From Perna viridis (Eukaryota), in the NCBI GenBank assembly GCA_037379345.1, contig CM074514.1:20832001-20896000 (forward strand): a stretch of DNA of 64,000 nt. The letters run 5' to 3'. Made by a program: the position numbers and the translations under genes. Shown piece by piece: positions 36,801 to 49,200 of this stretch (position 1 is its first letter; every line of letters starts with the position of its first letter). A model generated the notes under the pieces. That model worked only from the letters and a program-made list of their open reading frames with translations, had not been told where the DNA came from and did no database searches.

Positions 36801-39800
36801 TTTTTATTTTTGACGTGTTTTACATATAACTCGTGCTCTTAGGAGATAAAAAATTGTATAGAATGCACTGTAGAATTCAAAATTATGGTAGATAACTCTG
36901 TAAATGACACTAAAATACAATAGAAACTGTTGGATTTTCAATGTGGATTTTCTTCTAAAAGCAGACAGATTGGAATGAATATTTGTACATTTCATCATAT
37001 AGACCTATAAATCAAAAATATGTAGCAGGTGTATCACATATTACAGAATTTGCATGATTCGTACAAATACTGCTACTTAAGTAAAAAGAAGACTTTTGAT
37101 GTTGTTTATTTAATTTTTAGGTTATAGTCTCTCGACACGACGTATGTAATGATAAAGATTGCGCCATTACTAATAATATCGTTAATAACGGATGACCTTT
37201 AGAAAGGAAATTACAATCTTTCATGTTAGGTTCCTGGCCTATGGTTATACATCAAACCAAGTAATACAATACGCTTAAATAAATTGAAGTCATTGCTTTG
37301 GCTTTGGTTCACAGTAATAATAACATGTCTCCGTGACATTTCACCTTATTTGTTCTTTTCTTGTATCAGTAATAACATCAGCTGAATTGTATAATGTAAA
37401 ATAACTTTATATTTTCTTTGTAAATGCATACGTCTTAGATTAGTAAACCATTGGTGTAAATTACATCCCGATAAAAGACAGCATCAATACAGTTATATTA
37501 GTAAGGGGTGTCTTAATAAAAAAAACAATAATGTCAGACAAGGATCAGATTAAATCATTATTTTATTTTCTTCATGTTGATATCAAAATGTCTTGTCATT
37601 ATTCGCTACCTTGGTAACATACGGAAAAGTAGATTTTCCGTCATTTTCTTTTCTTCTGATAATTGTTGCGTTCTGTCAGCAACAAGTGCTTCCAAATTGT
37701 TCGCGTATTTTTCCATTATTGCAAGCATATTGTCAAAAATGTTTGCTTTCCTGAAAGAAAACAGTAAATGTAATTAAGAATATATATTTTGTAAGTAAGA
37801 AGTTATTACACAGAAAAGTATTTTTCCTTGTGTAAGCATTTATCTATATTGGTCTTTATTTCTATTTTTACCTTTTTACTTCTGAGAGATGAATATTTAT
37901 AGATGACTTATTAAATTCTACGCTGATATTTCAAAATGTAAGACATTTTCTGTACCATCTGGAAACTACCAGAACCTTACTTGGTTATCGTTGATTTAAT
38001 TCATATATAGGATATATACATAACAACAACATACAAGCCTTGTTGCATTGGTTTAAGTCTGTATTTTATGAATTTAAAGTCTGGCCGCTGATCTGGATCT
38101 TCATTCCAACAATCTCTTATACAGTCTGATATGTAACTTTCGCACATTAGAAGATTCAGTTTTGGTCTAAATGATGGATCCTCTTCGTGCTTTACACGAC
38201 TCACAATATCTGCACCAATTAGAGCACCAAGTATTATTGTCTATTAGTTTATTATTAATACAGATTCATTTCGATTTATCAACAATTCTCAAGAGCACCA
38301 GGATAAGTCCTACATTGATTGGATTTCTTAAAACTTACATTTATTTAGTATTTCACCTCTATCGATAAGAATGAGATAAGACATAAAACTGTCAAGGGAG
38401 TTAAGCTGACGTAAAAAAATTTATTATAAAATGCATTTCACCTTTTTTGTCAGTCCGATGTGTATTATATATAACATAGTAAATAGTTACCTTTTGGTGT
38501 CATATCTGATCTACCCCAAGGGCCCTGTCTTCCATGTATTTCATACATTATAATGGCGAAGGAGTAAACATCTCCTTTCAGTGAACCTTCGCCGTAGGAG
38601 CATTTATTCCGCAATAGTTCAGGTGCAGTCCATAATAGTCCTTAAATGTATCAAGAAACCTTTATAATTATTGACTTATTAAATGAAAATTGCGACTTCC
38701 AATCAGTCAATTATACCATTAGAACCGGGATTTTTAAGGTAATGCAACAATACGTCAATATATATATATATATACTCACGATTATTGAACACTTAAAAAT
38801 GTTTTAAAAGGTTGATAGTTTAATTATTTGCCTAAAAAAATAAAGGGAATCTCTCGAGAAACAAATAAGAACTGATATTAGAATGGTCAAATTGCCACAG
38901 TAGATCAAACAGTTTCGTTATCCTACAGAAAGACAATATCTAGAATAAATATTCCATTGAGTAAAGCGTTACGATCAAAATGTATTTGAAAAGCGTTGTG
39001 GTTGCATTTTAACCTACAAGTGGTCTTACGAAAGATCAATGTTAGTACCTTCACTGTTACTAGTAGTATCTGATTTATGTTGTCCACTCCCAATCAGCTG
39101 TTGAATACCGAAGTCAGAAACTTGTAGAACCCATCTGCTGTCTACCAGACAGTTGGTCGACTTTAGATTACCATGATACTGTATTTCAGACTCATGAATG
39201 AAAATCATTCCCTAGGAAAGAAAGAACAGATCCTTTAATTGCAAGAATGATTATCGCAGTTATTGGAAGCAGATAGCGCTTAGTGAACATTGATAAAAAT
39301 GACGAAACGGAATTATTTAACACTGGATTTCTGCAAAACCTCAATAAAAAAGAAGAGAGACAACAGATGTTTTTTTTTCAATGATGTTAAGCTGCATTAC
39401 ACTACTAAGATGTATTTGAAAAAAAAACAAAAAAACTTTAGCAATATCTAACGGGTTATTGACATTTCGCATTTAAATTTTAAGTATTTGAAGAGCGCAA
39501 TATTCATCTGAGTAGATTTTTAGATAAAGAGAGTTATTAATTAGTTATCTATAGAAATTGAAGCTTTGAACTAATAACTACATTTATACTAGAAATTCTG
39601 TAAAGTAGAAAATGATTTCTAAGTTGAAATTGCTTTTCTAAAAAGAAAAAAAAAACATTGCATGGATCATTTTTTTAACAAATCCAATAAACATTGATAT
39701 TTAAGGTAGATAGGAAGTAGTTAGTAATGCCAATTCGTTTTCATAATAGACCATTAATGTGATAAAGGAGACGCACATCTACCGGATACGTCTAAGAAAT

Positions 39801-42800
39801 GATTCTAATGACAAATAAAACACATACACGCTTCATAATTATTGAAAATACCTTAATTAGGTCTGCAACCAGAGACGCTATAAACATGTCATCCAGATTT
39901 AGGTCGCAGTTTTGAAGTATGTCCTGGAACATATAATGAGGGCCATTAGAAATAAATTGTAGACTGAAGCTGCACTCTAGTTATAACATCTCGAAAATGA
40001 TAAATTTCTAAAATGATTTCAAATTCTTGTACAATAGACTACCGAATATGCTTTGAGAGTAACACGAAAATGTAATGACTTCCGTATCTACGTCGTTTGG
40101 TTTGAGTGTGAGATTTCCGTGTAATGCTAAAGTCAAAAACAGTGAGGAAATGAATAGTGACACAATCTGAAGCGATAAGGAAAGAATTAACTTAACACAC
40201 CATTAACTGAACACAACATCTTATGAACGTATTTCGCTCTCTGCAAAATATATCATTAAACTGAAGTTTCTATCTTTTGAGATGGAAATCATTTGCAAGA
40301 AAAATAAAGGAAACAATAATTAGAACGTTAACCAAAACAACACGTACAAAGACATATCACGTGGGGTGAAATAACCCCCGTGTACCCCCACCTCATCCAC
40401 CAAAATATGATTTTCAGGTACCCTTATACCTCCCATTTACGAATCTTTTTGTCGTCAAAAAATAAACTTTTTTTCGCTACTTTCTATACCTCGTTGAGAC
40501 AAAAATCCATTTTTTTAACGTTTTTTTTTATTCTTCGAACTTCTTTCTATAAAACGAAGTAAACTGACATATATGTATATCATCATGTAGCGCAATGTCT
40601 CAGCTTTACAATGGTACCAAGAAACCCCTAGAGTATTTATGCTTCAGTAGAAAATGGCTTACTTGGTATTTTCGGTTTAGTATTATCACAATCTATACTT
40701 TTTGTGTTCTTTTGATGAATTTTGGCAATTTTCGTAGCAAGAATTTATCCCCCCAAAAAAGGGCCAAAAATGGGATTTTCGGTTTTTCCGTAAAATTCAC
40801 ATAAATTCGACTCTACAAGTTATTGCTTTACTAAAATGTCTCAAATTTGGTTTCATTCGATAGATAATTTAATTGTCTACATAAATAAACAACGAAAAGC
40901 TAATTTAAAAAAAAATAAAAATATTACCCCTATCCCCAGAAAACTGGTCTCAGTATCAAACAGAATTATCATTCACAGAATACTGATACTGTAAAGCTCA
41001 AATTTAAGGCATTCATACTTAAGATAGTTATGTACCCAACATATCTGATCAATTCTGGCGCTTAGATGATTTTTGGGGGGTACAATTACTGTAAAATTGA
41101 AAAAAAATTCACAACTTCTGAATTTCTTCTATATCACTCGATGTTTCATTCTTTTTTTCTTTAGAAAACAAGCTTTTGTTTAAATCGATGGTAAAGGAAA
41201 ACTATTGACCGAACTTAACGACAAACGTGATGACTTTTCATTCAGAATTGTCAACTCTACTTTCATCTGTGGCAACATCCCTTCAGCACCTGCGTATGGA
41301 GTGTTCATATCACAACTCATACGTTATTTTTTTGTATCGCACTAGAACTCTAACAAAAAGGCTTCTGGAACAGGGTTGCTACAAGATTGAAGTCATCACT
41401 ACAGAAGTTGTCTGGTCGTCATCATGAACTCGTGGATCGTTATGGTGTATCCATCTGCACCATGAAAACTGATTTATTCAACGGGTCATAGTTTTCTTTT
41501 CCTCGTTTGTCTACCCCGGATTTGGCTTTTTATGAGCAACTCGGCGGGTGTTTCTAGAAAAGCAGAGGACGCTTACCCTACCGGTGCACCTGGTCCATGC
41601 TCCCAGTTTTTAGTGGAGTCCGAGTTGCTCATTTGCTTTTGTTACTTTGTATGTATGATTTTAGTTACTGTATGTCTGTTTTCCATGTCTGGTCTTTGTC
41701 CCTGGATTACATTCTTTTGATTACCGCTATAACCTTGGTTCCCTTGATTACTCTTTGTGTAATACGCTTAACTAAAATAGTGTCTACGCTTCCGGATAGG
41801 CCAAAGTGATAAATATTTGAACTTTTCCAAGTCAAGTAAGGTGGAAAAATGCCACCCCAACCCTTGAAAAAAATATCTCAATATGAATGTAAATGTCTGG
41901 CATATAAATAGTGTACGATAGACATGTTGGGTACTATTGTTTTATATATTGGTGTATCCAACAGATCTTTTTTTTTTATTTCAGGCGCGTATTTTTCAGT
42001 TTCAATGTGAAGATAATGAGTTTTTCATAAAAAGGGGCATTTTCGGAATTTCATATTTTCTTCCATTTCACCTGTAATTGGCAATTTTTATGTCGATGAT
42101 ATTGATGTATTCAATATATCTTCTCGTTTCAGGCACGGCACGTATTTTTTAGTTTCAATGAAATGAAATGAGAATATATGTTGGACACATCAATATATAA
42201 AACAAAAGTACCCACAATGTCTATAGTATACCATTTATAACAGTTTTGAAAATTCTTTCTTGAAAAACGGAAAAATCGAAAACTCCATTTTTTCTATATA
42301 TTCTGACCCAAGAAGTATAAATTGTGATAATACTAAACCGAAAATACCAAAAAGCCATTTTGACTGAAGCATTAATACTCTAGGGGTTTTCTATGGAAAA
42401 ACATGTCAATTTAAGCAATTTTTTGGTGGGTAGGGGTCCGATGTTTTTTTTCTCATTTTACCCAAAAACAAAAAAAAAAAGTTTTACCGCAATTTTCTTG
42501 GTAACATTGTAAAGCTGAGACATTGGGCTACAAATCTCAATTTTTATAGTTTGTTCACACATGCTGTCCTAGGAAAGCTTAGACGCTGAAACAATTGCGC
42601 AACAAAAATATTGGCTTTTAGAACCAGTGGGGTACAAATATACACTTACACTGAAAAAGAGTCCGAGAATATTCTTTGACGACAAAATGATTCGGTAATG
42701 AGATGTATAAAGATACCTAAAAATCACCATTAAGTTGATGAGTGGGGAGGGGGGTGCATGGTGGACCCACCACCTCATGGACTAAAACAAAAGTAAATAA

Positions 42801-45800
42801 GCAATCCGGACCCCTGGAAACTGGAAGCGTGGACCAGGGTCACTGGTAGGGTAAGCGCCCTCTACTTTTCTAGATACATCAATCAAACTAGTCATTAAAT
42901 GCCTGTGTCTGGTGTAGACGAACTACGGCAAGGTGAACAAATCGATTCTCATGGTGCAGATGGATACCGGAGCTCAAGATGACGACCATAAACATTTGAA
43001 GAGACGACTTTAATCGTGGAGCAATATAAATCTGTTCCAGAAGCATAACAATACGAAGTTCAGCACGGTACTGAAAGTCCGTGTAATTTTGCGCAAGCTC
43101 TGGGATAATGTATGAGTTTTAACATGCAAAAACTGTTTTAAGTATCAAAGTGTTTATAATTAAATCAATATATATATATAAATTTGGATAAATGTTTCAT
43201 TGGACATAATAATTTGTTGTTACAAGTATTTGTTTAAAGCAGTTGTGGGACCCCAAGGCAGACTATGATACAATAACTCACATAAAGGCTGCCTCTAGCA
43301 CAGTACTGTGTAACAATAAATAGATGAGGGGTTTCCACACAGGCTCCTATAAATCGATTAACGTTGTCGTGATTGAGTTCTTTCCTAACTTGTAGCTGTT
43401 TCTTTAGAGTACGGTTGATGTCGACATTTTTTTTGAAAATTTGTTTTATGGACACAACCGTTCCTTTAAAAGATCCAATTAAGACTTTTTTCTCGTAAGA
43501 CACACTATTTTTCTTGTTTGGTTTGGTCTGACCCAGTAATGTGGTTCTTTCTGGTTCTTCTCCTCCTATAAGGAACTTTAACGATGACATCGATCGTCGC
43601 TACAAATGAACAAAAAATGAAAATATGCTTATATTTCGAGAAAATATTTAAAAATCCATTCTTGTTGTCCAATACTTTGGTATGAAGTGTCGTATAAAAA
43701 ATTGCTTTATAATTTTTATTTCTCCCAATTCCACATAAGGTGAATTTAAAACCTTATCTTAGTAAAACATACACTATCTGTATGAAATATTGCCTAAATT
43801 CTTAAATTAATCACAGAAGTCATGGTTATATCAATTTGTAACATGATCTTGTTTTATTTCATGGAGCTAATCTCCTTTTTTATGGTTTTTTTCTTTAGCA
43901 CAACTTTGTAGTTCATGTTTAGTTTGTTGATCATTTATATCCGGTAAGGGAAGCATTGAACATTCTACGTGACAGAAGGAAAACTAGGCCATCATAATTC
44001 GGTTATTATTATTAGTTATGTTATTCAACACTCTCTATTTATGATAGTTCCGCCATATTGAGTATTACAACAATCTATTTGATTATAGTTATTGTATCAA
44101 ATGCATGTCAGTTAGACAGTTAAGATTGATGTGATAGGAAACAAAACAACTTTAAGGAACATCAATAGGAAATTGTACAAAGATATGTCATATTGTTTAA
44201 ATCTGATGGTGTCTTGATATAAAACAAAATCTATTGAAAACAAAAGAAAACAAATGATAGAACGAATCCACCGCAACTGTCGCGCAGTTATTTAAAATAA
44301 GCTTTTTCATAATGGTTCAAAAATCTGTAAAACGGATATAAAGGTTTTTTTATATGCATGTCTATAACTGAACTGTAGAATGTCATATATTAATAAGTAA
44401 CTGCTTCCATGTTCACATCTAGAATATAAATAAGTTTGTACAAGAAATATTAAAATATTGATTAGAAGTATCCTGTTTAAAGTATGGAATCTTGTACAGT
44501 ACTTTAATGTTTTTTTTCTTTTTAATATGAGATTTTTAATTTTCTACTAAATACAATTTTACCAGACATGCATCATGAATTATTTGAATTGGACTTTTTT
44601 TTTTATTTCATTTCATTTTTTTATAGAAATGAATTTTTTTTTCGGAACGAAATTACTATTAATTTAAGTTTTCTTTTAGAAATATAGTTTCGAAATGATA
44701 AAATTCTTGAGACTATAAGTTTAACTTGTACTTTTTATACAAAAAATATATATATATATATAGATTGAAATTATGTATGGTATATATGTATATTTTGACA
44801 TTTTTGTTAGTTATGAGAATACTATGGAACTTTAAATTGATCTACACCTGATTACTTACTGATCAATAGAATAACATCATTATGTAGATAACATAGATAT
44901 GTTCATAACGATAAAAAAACAAACAAACAAACAAAAACAAAAACTACTGGATATGGCAACAATAGCTCTATCATTTCGTAGATTAGCTAATAATTAGTTG
45001 TATCTCCATGTCGTTTTATGTAGAAAACCATTTAACCATATCATTTAGAACTTGTAGGCATGCAATTCATAACAAAGAAAATCTTCTTTTTTCAAGACTT
45101 AAAGTACCAGTCCAAATAAAATTCAGACACTGCCAATGGTAAAGTGATTCATGGTGAAGAAAACCTATCAAACAAACGATGTTTTTTCAGTCTATATACG
45201 CTTTACTTTCACATAGCAACAATCTTTTCTGTATTCAGATCTGCACTTTTCAATAACTCTTGCAAAGTGCAAATTCCATATACGATCTATATAATATTTA
45301 TCTTCAAAGCGCAACAACCAAATGATAAACTAAGTCTGGTTATGTGAACAGTAACTGAACAAGAAACAAAACTGAATTCGGTGGGTTTTTGACATGCATG
45401 AATCACCTTCAGTCTTAATTTTTATAAAGACTGTCTGCTATTTAAGGTGCTGATTTTCTTAAAAGCAACACAATGTAGCTGCTGTAGGCAAGATTTCTAT
45501 TAGAGGAGTAGGCTGCATGCACTTGGTTACTAGAATTAAATGAGACTGGCTTCTAACAGTGAATCATGCAGTGAAAGGTCACCTTAGAAAATCTGGATTT
45601 AGGTAAACCAGTAAAATACTCGTAATGTTTAGGATGGAATGCCGGAATAAGTCGTCTATTATTCTCCTACAAGATGATTAAAAAAGAAATTGTTGATTAG
45701 AAAAAGCGTGTGAAAGAGTGCGATTCAACACAAAAAGCCAGAAATAACTAAAAGAAATCAATTGTTTTGTTCTGAAGCTGTTCACTTGTAAAATGTTATA

Positions 45801-46167
45801 TAAACAACACAATCACTAAAACAGTTCATGAAAACTTCAATACAAAAATGATTAATATTATCATGTTAAAATGAGTGACAAAATAGAGAAAAAATATGCA
45901 CATTATCACAGGTGCTCAAGACATGTAATCGATATAGATCTATAGTAACAACCTGTTATCTTTCCATACCTTTATAGGTCTAGTATGGGAAACAACCTCT
46001 TCTACTGACTCGACCAACATCAAATCTTTGTAATCAATTTTCCACAACAGCTTGGCTAGTTTCTGTTCATACAGATAATGCCTGAAATGACATTGAAATA
46101 ATGTACTCAGTAAATTATCGACTGCAAACATGTCCATGTGAGTCAAACAAAACAACAACAACAACAA

Positions 46168-46200
<33 letters not shown>

Positions 46201-49200
46201 ATAAAAAATTCACACACACATAAAACACATTATGGACGATTATGAATCCCAGCTATCTGCTCAAACTCTTTAGGCTTGAGAAGTATCCTTTTTATAGATT
46301 TTTTTAAGAATCTAGTTTTTCATTAACCTAAATTGAAAAGGGCCTCGATGAATGTTCAAAATACGAAAATACCAATTTAACATAAATATTGTTAATTTCG
46401 GTATATTGTACATCTGTGTCCAGGAGTAATCAACAGCCGGCATTAGCATTAAATTAACGTAAAAGAACGACCCCCTCGGTGTTTTAGTGGTTTTAATTTT
46501 GTGATACTATTGGAAATGTTGGTAAAAAACTGATAAATTCTAATTCAAGTCTGAGTATGGGTTACCTTGGATCCCTTGATTACTCTTTTTAATATATATT
46601 TGCCTTTAAAATTCAGACATAAAGCTGCATAAAATAACATCGGCACCATGCACCGTAAAATATACTTTTCAATATATGCTAAATCAAGAAAAACTTGGAA
46701 CTTGGACAAATGTAAGCAAATATATCGATTCAAAGCTAGGCCATTCCTAGATGCTAGAAATATTTAAAACATTCTTAGGAGCGCTGGTTAAAGTGTAGAA
46801 CACCAGACTTTTTTCGAAGATTTCTTAAAAAAAACATACCGTAATGCAAAACTTCCCACAACGACTACGGCAGCGGCTACTACACTACAGACTATAGCTA
46901 TTCTCCAATCTGAAAATATTAAGATGATATTTTACTGAGCAAATGGAAGAAAATAAATTACTTCAGTACGGATACAAATTTACATCGTTAATTTAAAGAT
47001 GCGAAATGTGAAGTTTTGCGGAGATGGAATAATTTGAACGAGACAATTACTATGACATTATAGACATATTATATTTGTTTAAAAAAAATTACCAGTGTGA
47101 GTAAGACATCTCTCTCCCTCAAATCCACAATCAGGTTCATCCTGAGGTATACGTCCCAGTAACCAACTTACTTTAGCTTCTTCAATGTAAGTCTTTAAAG
47201 ACAATTGCATATTAAAATAAAATCACGTAAAAGACTAGTATTCAGTATTCTTTTTATTAACATGTAATATTATTTTTATTATGTTTCGTAGATACTTTAA
47301 GGTAGTTATCTCAATCCGTGTCATCTGATCCTTTTTATTGCTTAGACCTTATTAGAAATGTCTAATTCCTTGTAATCACAGATGAATTACATGCACAGTT
47401 ATTCTCTTAAAAAGAAATGGAAATATAATATTGAGAATAAAACAAATCACTGCTACAATATATTGTCATCTACACCTTACATAAAATCATACTTTTCTCA
47501 GACGTAGATGTCATTGCGTTTTCTCATTCTACACAACAGGAGACACTTTAAATTATTAAAAATGATTATTTATTTGTATACTTACAGGAATACCATAGCC
47601 AGAAGCGTTCATCTGGTACACTCCAACAGGTTTCAGCGACAATATATTGTCTGTCTCCATTAGACTTAATAATGAATAGTTGCCCTCGGAATCTCCATAA
47701 GAATCAATGTAAAAGTCGTAACCTTGTATACCTGAAATAAACATCAAACAATAGTTTCAGACAATTTCTCACTTAAAAACAATATATTGCGTGAAACACG
47801 TTCCAGCAGCGTATTTTTCGTACTCCGAATGAAGTTTAAACTTAACCTACTACAACAATGTTCTTTTACACAATTTACTGAAATAAATGGTATACCCAAG
47901 ATCTTCAAATAAAGCTTCCCAAAAGTAGATGATGTTCTTTCACTCAATAATTCCATCTTCATCTAAAAAAAGCATGGTATTATGTGAATTATAGACACGG
48001 AAGTTTTCAAAGAGAGAATCTTCTAACTAGCTCCATAAAATGCGAAACTTTGATTCTGTTTCCTATGTAGACTCATTCACGTTATTCTAGAGTGTGGAGT
48101 ATTTGTCTCTTAACCAATATCCAACGGTTTCTAGAAATTATCACCATTTCTTGACAGGGCTCAGTAGTTTACCAAAAACTACAAGGACAAGACTATTGTG
48201 CAAACAGATTAAGGTCGTAATACAAAAAGTTCTACGGTCTTACATGTATGAAATGATTAAGTAATATGGAGTGTCAATTTCCAGCATGACAACGACCTAC
48301 GTCTGTTATAGACATATTTTCTCTGTGAAAGAGGCTTTGTCTTCCAACAGGGAGGAACCGCCGTGGGTATCTTACAAGCATTTGTTTCAGTGGTGTTTAC
48401 GTTTTTTTATTTGTGTGTAATATTAGTTTTTCTTTGTCGTACGATTTGTTCTACGCTATTGTGCTTTTGGTGTTTCTGTCATTACCGGATTTTGCCTTTG
48501 TTTGTACCTTCATTAGCGACTTCTTTTTTTGCAATGCCATTCGACTACCCTTTTATCCTTGTGAATTAGTTTATATCAGTCTTACTTTTGTATGTCTTCT
48601 TTCGTATCTTCTGAACAATAGCTCTTCCATCAGCTACGGACTCATTTGACTTCATAGTGTCTGCTAATGCCCGGATGTATATCTGTACAGCATCGTACAG
48701 GTAAGCTGCATATATAGGTACTTGTTGCTGCCAAACAAGGAAATCATTATCCAATGTTAAATAGGATAGTTTTTTTATCTTAATGAGATGAATTCACATG
48801 ATATTGTTAGGAAATGTACATTAAGTTTTGTAATCCAATAGAATTCTTGTCACTTTTTTGTTTCAATATATTTTATTCAACAGTTATTCAAATACTATAA
48901 AATATTAATATCTACCTTTTCGGTTACATTTATATAACTAGGAAGGGTAGGAGAGTTAATGGGGTTTTCTGTATTTCTCTTTCTGACGTCATCAATAAAA
49001 CTTTCCCAATCCGGATTAGATGCTGCACGTGGCGCCAGTAATAGAACTGGGTGGAATGCTTTTATATGTCGCTCTTTCAATTCTCTCTCGTATGGATCTG
49101 ATTGAAAAAAAATGTATTGTTTTTCTAAATTGAGTGCAGAAAACTACGGGCACATGCAAATCGTCTTGAAGGCTTCATTTAGATTTAAGTATGAAAATAT

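Noticed and set aside
39026-39208. Loss of HRD and glycine-loop motifs in the kinase-like domain (HGNLKS)
   Set aside because: Normal for the pseudokinase domain of receptor guanylyl cyclases.
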